Shown here: one piece after another, positions 1-7,761 of the stretch | Layout: each line of letters begins with the position of its first letter | Numbering within the stretch: the stretch's first letter is position 1 | DNA from: an uncultured Candidatus Rokubacteria bacterium | Lineage (GTDB): Bacteria; Methylomirabilota; Methylomirabilia; Rokubacteriales; CSP1-6 | Direction: 5' to 3' | Length of the DNA stretch: 28,744 bases | Assembly: GCA_963747235.1 (NCBI GenBank) | Contig: CAVVEU010000012.1 | Coordinates: forward strand, 1 to 28,744 | The notes under the pieces: generated by a model | Seen by the model: only the letters and a program-made list of their open reading frames with translations | The model's database searches: none | Told to the model about the DNA's origin: nothing | Translations under genes and position numbers: made by a program

Positions 1-21
1 TTCCGCACCGATAGCAGCGGC

Positions 22-1188
22 TCAGCGGCCATAGGGATCCGCGGCGTCGCGCAGGCCATCACCCAGGAAGTTGAAGGCCATGACCGCGATGATCACCGGC
101 ACCGCGGGGAGCATGAGCCACGGCGAGATCGCGACGGTCTGGACGTTCTGCGCCTGCTGCAACAGCACGCCCCAGCTGATCGCGGGCGGCCGCAGGCCCA
201 GCCCCAGAAAGCTGAGCGCGGTCTCGCTGATGATCATGGCGGGCAGGGCCAGCGTGGTGGCCGCGATGATGTGGCTCATGAACGACGGCACCATGTGGAC
301 GAAGATCGTCCGCATCTGGCTGCACCCGACCAGCCGGGCGGAGACGACGAAGTCCTCTTCACGCATCGCGAGAAAACGGCCCCGGACCACGCGGGCCAGC
401 TCCGTCCATCCGAGCAGCGAGATGATGATCGTGATCGCGAAGTAGACCTGTAGCACCGACCAGTCCCGCGGCAGCGCCGCCGCGAGCCCCATCCAGAGGG
501 GAATCGTCGGGATGGACCGGAGGATCTCGATCGTGCGCTGGATGATGGTGTCGGCCATCCCGCCGTAGAAACCCGAGAACCCGCCCAGGACCACGCCCAG
601 GATCAGGCTCACCGTGACCCCGAACAGCCCGATCGTGAGGGAGATCCGCGTGCCGTACATCAACCGCGACCAGAGGTCCCGTCCCTGCACGTCCGTGCCG
701 AGCAGGAACACCGCCTGGGTGGCGTCGGCCCCGCCATCCACCCCGATGAGATGCCGGGTGGTCGGGATCAGCCCGAAGAGGCGGTACTCGAATCCCTCGG
801 CGAAGAACCGGATCGGGATCTTCCGATCCGGGTCCGCGACATAGACGCGCTTGAAGGTCTGCGGGTCGCGCGCGCCCTTCAATCCGTACACGTGAGGACT
901 CAAACGCCCCCCGTCGAACCAGTACACGCGCTGCGGGGGCATGAGCGAGCGGTGCGCCTCCGACGCGTTGGGGTCGGCGTAGGCGAGGAAGTCCGCGCCG
1001 AGGACGATCATGTAGAAGCCCACCACGACGAGCGCGCTGGCCACCGCCACCTTGTGCTTGCGGAACCGCCACCACATGAGCTGCCACTGCGAGGCGACGA
1101 AGATGCGCTGCTCCCGCGTGTCGGCCACCGCGGTCGGCCCGCCCAGGGGCTCGCGCCCACGCTCGAGGATCGCCTCGGGCTCGGCCAT
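22..1188 (-). CDS. ABC importer permease, DppC/OppC family (388 aa)
   Basis: C-terminal part of ORF 22..2196. The ATG at 1188 follows GGAGGAG and overlaps the upstream TGA. Motifs: LLGTDVQGRD, EAA-like loop (EDFVVSARLVGCS), ETALSFLGLG, FNFLGDGLRDAADP. Confidence 0.93.
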   Translation of the reverse strand: MAEPEAILERGREPLGGPTAVADTREQRIFVASQWQLMWWRFRKHKVAVASALVVVGFYMIVLGADFLAYADPNASEAHRSLMPPQRVYWFDGGRLSPHVYGLKGARDPQTFKRVYVADPDRKIPIRFFAEGFEYRLFGLIPTTRHLIGVDGGADATQAVFLLGTDVQGRDLWSRLMYGTRISLTIGLFGVTVSLILGVVLGGFSGFYGGMADTIIQRTIEILRSIPTIPLWMGLAAALPRDWSVLQVYFAITIIISLLGWTELARVVRGRFLAMREEDFVVSARLVGCSQMRTIFVHMVPSFMSHIIAATTLALPAMIISETALSFLGLGLRPPAISWGVLLQQAQNVQTVAISPWLMLPAVPVIIAVMAFNFLGDGLRDAADPYGR

Positions 1189-2177
1189 CACGTCTCCTCC
1201 AGGCGGATCCGCGGATCGATCAGCACGAGCACGATGTCCGAGATCAGCGTCCCGATCACCGTCATCACCCCGAGCAGGAGCACGATGGTCCCGGCCAGGA
1301 ACATGTCCTGGGCGATGAGGGCCTTGAGCAGGAGCGGCCCGACCGTCGGCAATCCGAGCACGAGCGACACGATGATGCTGCCCGAGACGATGTACGGCAG
1401 CGTGTAGCCGATCGTGCTCGCGAACGGATTGAGCGCGACGCGCACCGGATAGCGCAGGATCACCCGGGTCTCCGACAGCCCCTTCGAGCGCGCGGTGACC
1501 ACGTAGGGCTTGCGCAGCTCGTCGAGCAGGTTCGCGCGCATGATCCGGATCTGCTGCGCGGTCCCGGCCAGGCCCAGGATCACCGCCGGGATCGGCAGGT
1601 GCTTGGCCAGGTCCCACGCCCGCGCCCCGCTCCACTCCGCGTCCTGGAACTCCGGCGAGAAGAGCCCGCCGATGTGGGCGTTGAACAGCACGAATCCCAG
1701 GTAGAGCAGCACCAGGGCCAGCAGGAAGTTGGGGACCGCGAGCCCGATGAAGCCGATGAACGTCGCCACGTAGTCGCCCACCGAGTACTGCCGGACCGCG
1801 GAGTAGATGCCGATGGGCAGGGCCAGCACCCACGTGAGAATCAGCGCCGCCACCGAGACGATCACGGTCAGCCACAGGCGCTCCCCGATCACCTCGGTGA
1901 CCGGACGCCGCCACTCCATGGACATGCCGAAGTTGCCCTGGACGATCAGCCGCATCCACTTGAAGTACTGCACGTAGATCGGCTGGCCCAGGCCGTACTG
2001 GATCCGGAGGTTCTGGGCCTCCTCGTCGGTGACCACGCTGCCCATCGACGCCATCTGGGCGATGTAGGAGGTGACGTAGTCCCCGGGCGGGAGCTGGATG
2101 ATGGCGAAGGCGAGGACGGAGATCGCCCAGACGGTGAAGATCCCGAGGAGAGCGCGGCGGCCGATGTACGCGAGCAT
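1188..2177 (-). CDS. ABC importer permease, DppB/OppB family (329 aa)
   Basis: MLAYIGRR N-terminus, YGLGQPIYVQY, EAA-like loop (KPYVVTARSKGLSE) and DPRIR C-terminus, all typical of DppB/OppB; hydrophobic transmembrane segments. Confidence 0.94.
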   Translation of the reverse strand: MLAYIGRRALLGIFTVWAISVLAFAIIQLPPGDYVTSYIAQMASMGSVVTDEEAQNLRIQYGLGQPIYVQYFKWMRLIVQGNFGMSMEWRRPVTEVIGERLWLTVIVSVAALILTWVLALPIGIYSAVRQYSVGDYVATFIGFIGLAVPNFLLALVLLYLGFVLFNAHIGGLFSPEFQDAEWSGARAWDLAKHLPIPAVILGLAGTAQQIRIMRANLLDELRKPYVVTARSKGLSETRVILRYPVRVALNPFASTIGYTLPYIVSGSIIVSLVLGLPTVGPLLLKALIAQDMFLAGTIVLLLGVMTVIGTLISDIVLVLIDPRIRLEET

Positions 2178-2190
2178 GGGTCGGAGCCCG

Positions 2191-2253
2191 GGTCACCGCC
2201 CCTCACCCGGCCCTCTCCCCGGTCAGGGAGAGGGCCGGGTGAGGGGCGCGACC
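2191..2253. repeat. Perfect 23-bp inverted repeat (REP-like stem-loop) between the binding-protein and permease genes
   Basis: cgcccctcacccggccctctccc (2197-2219) and gggagagggccgggtgaggggcg (2226-2248) with a 6-nt loop; extends through ggtc (2191-2194) / gacc (2250-2253). No U-tract on either strand. Confidence 0.85.
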
Positions 2254-4304
2254 TAGTTCTTGTAGAAGAACGTCGCCGGACGCGAGATGCCCGGGGTCTT
2301 GCCGTCCGGGCTGTTGTACTGGCGCGACGGGATGTTACCCATGTTGTTCTTGACGACGCGCACGCCCATGGAGGCCGGCCCCATGCCGATCACGCCGATG
2401 ATGTAGACGTCCTCGGCGGCAATCTTCCAGATATCCTTGCCGAGCTGGATCCGCTCCTTCTCGGGCACGCCGAAGGCCTTCTTCCACTTCTCCATCAGCT
2501 CCTTCATCCGCGGCTCGGGCTCCTTGCCCTGCGCGCCGGCGGAGTGGAACCACTTGACGTAGAGCGGCCCGGACGAAGCCACCGCGGCGAGCTCGAAGGG
2601 AAACACGTGGAGCGGGAAGGTGAACAGATGCTCGCTGCCGTCGTTGTTCCACGCGCCGAGCTGCTGCTCGTTGGCCGCGGTCCGCTTGAGCGCGAGGCTC
2701 CGCTCGACCTCCTGCACCGTGAGGTCGATGCCGATCTTCTTCCACTGCTCGCGGATCATCTCCGAGATCTGCGTGTACTGCACGAACTGGCCCCCGAGCG
2801 TCATGATCTCGATGCGCAGCCGGCCCTTGCCGTCCGCGCGCAGGCGGTAGCCCTCGCCGTCCTTCTTGCCGAGCCCGATCTTGTCGAGCATCTCGTTGGC
2901 CTTCTTGATGTCGAGGGTGGCCCACATCTTCCGGTACTGCGGACCCGGGTTGTACTTGTTGCCGTCCGCGGGCACCACCGAGCTGGGCGTGCCCGTGCCC
3001 AGCCAGAAGGTCTCGTTGATCTGGTCGCGGTCGATGCCGAGCGCGAGCGCGCGCCGGAAGTCGGCGGTGTTGAACCACTTGCCGATCTCGGGGTCTGCGT
3101 CGTAGTTCAGGTTGAACTTGATGATCATGTCCCCGCCGTAGTCGCCGGGATCCAGATAGACCTTGTACCCACCCTTCTGCTGGTTCTCGATGAAGACCGG
3201 GAGCTTGCCCAGGTCGACGTGCCTCGACGCGTAGTCGTACTCGCCGGCGACCGCGCGCAGGTTCAGCACCTCCAGGTTCTCCGCCAGGCTCAGGACCACG
3301 CGGTCGATGTAGGGCAGCTGGTTGCCCGCGGTGTCCACGAAGACGCTGTACGGGTTGCGCTCGAGCGTCCACGTCGGCGTGTTGATCGGGGTCACCGTCT
3401 TCCAGGCCGAGAGCACCGGCAGATCCGGGTTGAGCGCCCAGTCGTTCTTGGCCAGGAACATGCGCACCCAGCTGTCGAACTTCGCCTCCTTCACCTTCCG
3501 GTCCAGCTCGGCCGCTCCCGCGTACTTCGGGTGGAACTGCTTCATGTAGTGGGCGGGCGCGAAGCCGCCCATGCCGCGGTACCCGAACATCTGGCCGGCG
3601 AGGTCGGTGGAGCCGGCCAGCACGTCGGGCAGCATGAAGTAGGGCTCGGGGAACTTGTACCGCACGGTGTAGGTATCGACCTTCTCGATCACGCCCTGCT
3701 TGCCGTTGATGGCCATGGCCGCGGACGGGGTCGGGATCAGGTCCTTGTTCCGGTAGATGTCCTCGAACCAGAACACGAAGTCGTCGGCGGTGAACGGCTT
3801 GCCGTCGCTCCACTTCATGCCGCGGCGCAGGTGCAGCAGCCACGCGCGCCCGCCGTCCTGCATCTCGAGGCCCCGGGCGAGGTTCGGCAGGACCTTGTCG
3901 CCCGTGTAGTCCCAGAACATCAGATGATCCGGCCCCGAGCAGCACCGGAACCCGTTCCAGAAGTCGGCGGGACCGGTGAACCCGGCGCGCCACGTCCCAC
4001 CGTACCGGCCGATCTCGCGCAGGGGCTTGATGACGAGCGGGTCCTGCCCGACGCGCTCGGCCACCGGCGGCAGCTTGCCCGCCTTGACCAGCGCCGCGAG
4101 CTGCGGGGCCTCGTGGAGCGTCTTGGGGAACTTCGCAGGGTCGGTGACGACCTCGGGCCCTTCGAGCTTGCCGATGAGGCCGCTCTTCCCGGCCTGGGCC
4201 AGCGCGCCCGCCGCCGCCATCGCGGAGAGGAGCCCCACCAGCAGGGCAATCAGGAACCGGGACCTGCGCCGGTATGTCCGAGGTGTTTGCCCGTGGTCGA
4301 CCAT
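2253..4304 (-). CDS. ABC transporter substrate-binding protein, family 5 (683 aa)
   Basis: N-terminal signal peptide (RRRSRFLIALLVGLLSAMAAAGALA); family-5 motifs LRRGMKWSDGKPFTADD, ERNPY, GNQLPYID, DFRRALALGIDR. Confidence 0.93.
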   Translation of the reverse strand: MVDHGQTPRTYRRRSRFLIALLVGLLSAMAAAGALAQAGKSGLIGKLEGPEVVTDPAKFPKTLHEAPQLAALVKAGKLPPVAERVGQDPLVIKPLREIGRYGGTWRAGFTGPADFWNGFRCCSGPDHLMFWDYTGDKVLPNLARGLEMQDGGRAWLLHLRRGMKWSDGKPFTADDFVFWFEDIYRNKDLIPTPSAAMAINGKQGVIEKVDTYTVRYKFPEPYFMLPDVLAGSTDLAGQMFGYRGMGGFAPAHYMKQFHPKYAGAAELDRKVKEAKFDSWVRMFLAKNDWALNPDLPVLSAWKTVTPINTPTWTLERNPYSVFVDTAGNQLPYIDRVVLSLAENLEVLNLRAVAGEYDYASRHVDLGKLPVFIENQQKGGYKVYLDPGDYGGDMIIKFNLNYDADPEIGKWFNTADFRRALALGIDRDQINETFWLGTGTPSSVVPADGNKYNPGPQYRKMWATLDIKKANEMLDKIGLGKKDGEGYRLRADGKGRLRIEIMTLGGQFVQYTQISEMIREQWKKIGIDLTVQEVERSLALKRTAANEQQLGAWNNDGSEHLFTFPLHVFPFELAAVASSGPLYVKWFHSAGAQGKEPEPRMKELMEKWKKAFGVPEKERIQLGKDIWKIAAEDVYIIGVIGMGPASMGVRVVKNNMGNIPSRQYNSPDGKTPGISRPATFFYKN

Positions 4305-4396
4305 GACCGTCCCCCTATTGCAGCTCGCCCTGCCTTCTTGCGCGCGGCCGCCGCAGCCCCCCTGGCCAGGCCCCGCGACCTCCGTGTCGTTGGGGG

Positions 4397-4425
4397 ATAC
4401 TGCCCCGCCGGGGGCACAGCGTCAA
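4397..4425 (-). promoter_or_regulatory. Possible sigma70-type promoter for the ABC importer operon
   Basis: Minus strand TTGACG-N17-CAGTAT about 95 nt upstream of the binding-protein start. A short inverted repeat (tgcccc 4401-4406 / ggggca 4411-4416) lies mostly in the spacer. Confidence 0.35.
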
Positions 4426-4471
4426 GCGGCAGGAAGGGGGCGGGGAAGAGGAGGCCTACTTCTTGTCGTCG

Positions 4472-4498
4472 GCCGGAGCCGGCCGGGCCGGCTCCGGC
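4472..4498. repeat. GC-rich inverted repeat downstream of the micropeptide gene
   Basis: gccggagccggcc (4472-4484) and ggccggctccggc (4486-4498). No clear U-tract, so a terminator role is uncertain. Confidence 0.45.
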
Positions 4499-4574
4499 AC
4501 ATCGCGATCAGGATCCTGCAGATCCTTGCGGCCGATGCGAGGCGGGAGCTTCAGCTTCCGTCCATCGCGCCCGG

Positions 4575-4655
4575 CTACCGACGCCAACGAGAATACCCCC
4601 AGCCTCCACCACCCAGCAGGAACACCACCAGGATAATGATCAACAGGGTCTCCAT
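4575..4655 (-). CDS. 26-aa single-pass membrane micropeptide (DUF3309-like), METLLIIILVVFLLGGGGWGYSRWRR
   Basis: Translated by hand; not in the ORF track. ATG at 4655 after AGGGGGTGA, TAG at 4575-4577. A hydrophobic helix, GGGGWGY and a basic tail match small stress-associated membrane proteins. Confidence 0.8.
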   Translation of the reverse strand: METLLIIILVVFLLGGGGWGYSRWRR

Positions 4656-4701
4656 GCGTCATCACCCCCTACCACCGACGGGTCTCCAGGGTGCGCTACG
4701 C

Positions 4702-5532
4702 CTACCGCGGGTCTTCCGAGGCGCTCAGATTGTTGACGACCTTCGTCACGCCCTCGACCGACTGGGTCACCCGCTCCGCCAGCAGCTTCTCGGCGCGGGA
4801 GCCCACCTTGCCGCTGAGGTACACCGACCCGTCCTGCGATCGGACCTGCACGTCCTTGAGCGCCACCGCCTTCGTCGCGTACAGCTCGAACTCCACGCGA
4901 TGCGCCAGCTTGTCGTCCGGGCTCTCGGGGGTGCCCGAGGCGGTGGTGACGGTGAGATTGCTCGCGAGCTCCAGCACGCCGGGTACCAGGAGGGCGATCC
5001 GGTCGGCCACGCGGCGCTGGGCCGGCGAGTCCACCGTTCCGTCCAGCGAGACGCGCCGCTTGCTCACCTGCACCGTGATGTGCTCGTTCTGCAGCTCGGC
5101 CGATTGGGCGAGGTGATCGGTGACGAGGGTCTTGATCTCGAGATCCGCCACGCGATCGCCGATGCTCGCCGCTTCCGGGTTGGCTCCGACCCCGGGATTG
5201 ACGGTCAGGTTGTTGTGCACGGCGCTGACGCCGGTGGTGTCCCGCGCGATGGCGGCGGCCAGCCCCTTGACCTCCTCGGTCGGCACTTCTCCGGTCAAGG
5301 TGACTTCACCTCGGGCGGTCGCCACCGTGGTGTCGAAGGCCGAGACGTGCTTCGACAGTAGCAGCGCGGTCTTCACCTTGGTGGTGGTGGCGGTGTCCTG
5401 CGAGGTGTCCTTGACCAGCCGCAGGGTGTCACGCACCCCGGCCGCGCGCCGCGACGAGTAGGTCCACACCCCGCCCGCGATCAGCACGATGAGCACCACG
5501 ACGACGCCGACTCCGACACGCGATCTCTTCAT
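4702..5532 (-). CDS. Membrane-anchored protein with three BON domains (OsmY-like, 276 aa)
   Basis: ATG at 5532 after GAGAGG; N-terminal TM helix; three repeats of the D..K/V.L...V.L.G.V...GV..V.NNL pattern (GVSAVHNNL, GVLELASNL, GVTKVVNNL). Confidence 0.9.
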   Translation of the reverse strand: MKRSRVGVGVVVVLIVLIAGGVWTYSSRRAAGVRDTLRLVKDTSQDTATTTKVKTALLLSKHVSAFDTTVATARGEVTLTGEVPTEEVKGLAAAIARDTTGVSAVHNNLTVNPGVGANPEAASIGDRVADLEIKTLVTDHLAQSAELQNEHITVQVSKRRVSLDGTVDSPAQRRVADRIALLVPGVLELASNLTVTTASGTPESPDDKLAHRVEFELYATKAVALKDVQVRSQDGSVYLSGKVGSRAEKLLAERVTQSVEGVTKVVNNLSASEDPR

Positions 5533-5603
5533 GTTCTGTCCTCTCTCGGGGTAAAGGGCACCCCCTCCGCGAGAAGGAGCGCGGAGGGAGTGCCCTGATG
5601 ACC

Positions 5604-6248
5604 TCAGGATCTGACTGCGAGAATCTCGACCCTGCGGTTCAACTCCAGACACGTATCCGTCGCCGCGTTGCAGACCGGCCTCTGTCTCCCGTTGGAGCCG
5701 ACCGTGATGCGGTCGGGCGAGGCGCCCAGCCTGATGAGCTCGTTCCTGACCGCGGTGATGCGATTGCCGGCCAGCACCTGGTTCCGATCATCCGCGTCGC
5801 CCTGATGGCCATCGAGGCTCACCTGGGCCAGCGGGTTGTTCTGCATCCACAGGGCGAAGTTCGCGAGCTTCTCCTTGCACTTCTCCTGCAGATCCGAGCT
5901 GCCGTACTTGAAGTTCACGTTCTCCATCGAGGACCAGCCGCCTACGCCGGCGCGCCCCCCCCGACCCGTCACACCAACCGCTCCAACCGGCCCCGCCGGT
6001 CCCTGCGGCCCCTGCGGGCCCATCGGTCCGGCGATTCCGGGTCCCCCCGGTGCTCCAGCGATCCCAGGAGCCCCGGGGCCCCCCGTGGGGCCCTGCGGCC
6101 CCATGGCGTACGGCGCGCTCGAGCGGCACGTACCCTTCGCGTACGGCTCGCCCTTGGCGATCCATACGCCCTGATCATCGATGTAGCCGCTCTGGTAGGC
6201 GCACCCGGACAGGGCCGCCACCACGATCAGACTCGTGAGAATTCTCAT
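5604..6248 (-). CDS. Lipoprotein with collagen-like Gly-X-Y rod and divergent OmpA-like C-terminal domain (214 aa)
   Basis: Lipobox LSGC (Cys16); 18 uninterrupted Gly-X-Y triplets (aa 50-103); OmpA-like motifs VNFKYGSSDL, LDGH, NRRVEI. Confidence 0.85.
   Translation of the reverse strand: MRILTSLIVVAALSGCAYQSGYIDDQGVWIAKGEPYAKGTCRSSAPYAMGPQGPTGGPGAPGIAGAPGGPGIAGPMGPQGPQGPAGPVGAVGVTGRGGRAGVGGWSSMENVNFKYGSSDLQEKCKEKLANFALWMQNNPLAQVSLDGHQGDADDRNQVLAGNRITAVRNELIRLGASPDRITVGSNGRQRPVCNAATDTCLELNRRVEILAVRS
5940..6101 (-). repeat. Collagen-like (Gly-X-Y)18 coding repeat
   Basis: GPQ GPT GGP GAP GIA GAP GGP GIA GPM GPQ GPQ GPA GPV GAV GVT GRG GRA GVG. Confidence 0.85.
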
Positions 6249-6260
6249 GGGTTGATCCTC

Positions 6261-6863
6261 TTACTCTAGGCGCCGCACGAGCACTTCAACGCGACGGTCA
6301 CGCTGCCAGCACTCCTCGGTGGCCTGCGAGCACTTCGGCTGCGACTCGCCGAACGCGCCCGTCGAGATCTTGTCCGTCGCGATGCCCGAGTTCACCAGGG
6401 CCGCCTTGACCGCGTCCACACGACGCTGGCTGAGGGGCTGGTTGTACGCCGGGGTCCCGCGAGGATCGGCGTGGCCATCCAGGCCGACCTCGATACCGGG
6501 ATGCTCCTTCATGTACTGGTTGAGCTTGTCGATCTTGCCGGTCTCCGAGCCGCGGATCGCGCTGCGATCGAAGTCGAAGAGGAAGTCAGCGAACGTGACC
6601 CAGGGACGCTGCGGGCCCTGTCGGCCCATCACGCCCTCCGGACCGGTGACGCCCTGCGGACCGCCGGGGCCCTGGATGCCCGCCACACCGTTCGGACCCG
6701 TCGGGCCCTGCGGACCCTGCGGCCCCGTCATGCCGACCGGACCAGCCGGCCCCATGTTGCGGGGATCTTCGAACGGACCGCTCGCGCAACCGGCTCCGAA
6801 GAGCATGGTCAGCGCGAGGATCGCGCCCAGCATCACACCTACGCTTCTGGATTGCTGCTTCAT
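6261..6863 (-). CDS. Lipoprotein with collagen-like rod and canonical OmpA/Pal-like peptidoglycan-binding domain (200 aa)
   Basis: RBS GGAGGG; lipobox-like GAGC (Cys26); 16 Gly-X-Y triplets (aa 38-85); FLFDFDRS, GHADPRGTPAYNQPLSQRRVDAV, FGESQP, RDRRVEV. Confidence 0.9.
   Translation of the reverse strand: MKQQSRSVGVMLGAILALTMLFGAGCASGPFEDPRNMGPAGPVGMTGPQGPQGPTGPNGVAGIQGPGGPQGVTGPEGVMGRQGPQRPWVTFADFLFDFDRSAIRGSETGKIDKLNQYMKEHPGIEVGLDGHADPRGTPAYNQPLSQRRVDAVKAALVNSGIATDKISTGAFGESQPKCSQATEECWQRDRRVEVLVRRLE
6609..6752 (-). repeat. Collagen-like (Gly-X-Y)16 coding repeat
   Basis: GPA GPV GMT GPQ GPQ GPT GPN GVA GIQ GPG GPQ GVT GPE GVM GRQ GPQ. Confidence 0.85.
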
Positions 6864-7120
6864 GTGTTCGTCCCTCCTGCCGTAGTTAACAGCGCCTTGC
6901 TTGTCCCGACTCTACGCAGGGCGCGCGCGCCGGCCTACTGGCTCTTGGGTCTACGGCTTTAGGCCCGCCTCCGACCCGCGTCCGGGTGGCCCAAGGTCCA
7001 ATAGCGAGGCCGGCACTCGTTGACTAGACTCAGCCCTTAATGGAAGGACCCAGACACGGTTCATCAAGGGCACCGCGCCTGGTCTAGGCTTCGCAAGTGT
7101 CGATGACGGAGGTACACGTC

Positions 7121-7273
7121 ATGAACAGCGTCGTGATCGCGATGGTGGTGTTCGTGGGAGCAGGGCTGATCGCCATGGCGATGGTCGCGCTCATCGGTGC
7201 CGCCATTCCGATCGTCGGGACCCGCATCCTGCGGCCCCGACCCTGGCTCCGGAATCTCTGGATCAAGCGATGA
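7121..7273 (+). CDS. Hypothetical 50-aa membrane protein
   Basis: Translated by hand; not in the ORF track. GGAGGT 7 nt upstream of ATG 7121; MNSVVIAMVVFVGAGLIAMAMVALIGAAIPIVGTRILRPRPWLRNLWIKR. The stop overlaps the next ATG (ATGA). Confidence 0.65.
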   Translation: MNSVVIAMVVFVGAGLIAMAMVALIGAAIPIVGTRILRPRPWLRNLWIKR

Positions 7274-7479
7274 AGGGAAACCGCGTGATTGGACGATCGA
7301 CGCTGGTCCTCGTGCCGGCACTGACCCTCGCGGTATGCCTCTGGACCGCCGAGGCCTGGGGCCGCGCCGACGACACCGCGGCGAGCGGACACCGCGGCGC
7401 CCGCACCTACCAGGCCCCGGTGGACCGCGCTCCCGACCTCCTCTGTGGCTGCACCGAGGTATTGAAGAACTTCGCCTGA
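7270..7479 (+). CDS. Hypothetical small exported protein (69 aa)
   Basis: ATGA-coupled to the previous ORF; signal-peptide-like N-terminus ending AEA/AWG; C-terminal LLCGCTEVLKNFA. Confidence 0.55.
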   Translation: MKGNRVIGRSTLVLVPALTLAVCLWTAEAWGRADDTAASGHRGARTYQAPVDRAPDLLCGCTEVLKNFA

Positions 7480-7493
7480 GGCCCGGCCGCCGC

Positions 7494-7736
7494 ATCCCCG
7501 ACGAAGCCCAGCTCGCCAGCCTCACAGAGAACCAGCGGCCGGGCGACGGCGACTCCATCGGGAAGCTGATCGATCTCTACCTCGCCCACACCACCGCGCC
7601 CACCAAGACCGTTCGCGAATCCATCGAGCCGGCCGACCCGGTCGAGATCGGACTCGTGGCGCACCGGCCGAGCGAGCTTCTCACACGGTTCGGGCGGGAG
7701 TTCGGCCTCATCCGCGGGGCGCTCGAGGTCGAGCGC
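7494..7736 (+). pseudogene. Degenerate HPt (histidine phosphotransfer) domain remnant
   Basis: Reads IPDEAQLASLTENQRPGDGDSIGKLIDLYLAH...IGLVAH-RPSELLTRFGREFGLIRGALEVER. HPt-like N- and C-terminal helices are joined just after the His, without the xLKGSS helix hairpin. No adjacent start or RBS. Confidence 0.5.
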
Positions 7737-7761
7737 GGGACACCCACGGGCCCGAGCCGCC

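Noticed and set aside
1189-2196. N-terminal 336 aa of the 724-aa ORF 22..2196
   Set aside because: Arg/Pro/Gly-rich alternate frame of the DppB-like gene; the real permease starts at 1188.
4456-4665. 69-aa ORF MMTHGDP...
   Set aside because: Overlaps the better-supported 26-aa micropeptide in another frame; its tail has no independent start.
1599-4736. 1045-aa plus-strand ORF, and similar long antisense or alternate-frame ORFs (7960..11253, 7577..9670, 11421..13292, 23209..25737, 25888..27528)
   Set aside because: Shadow ORFs of real genes in high-GC DNA: no recognisable motifs and extensive overlap with well-supported CDSs.
6864-7120. Imperfect palindromes in the divergent intergenic region (e.g. 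gggtcta...taggccc) and a lone TGTCC half-site
   Set aside because: No second half-site at the right spacing, and too degenerate to call.
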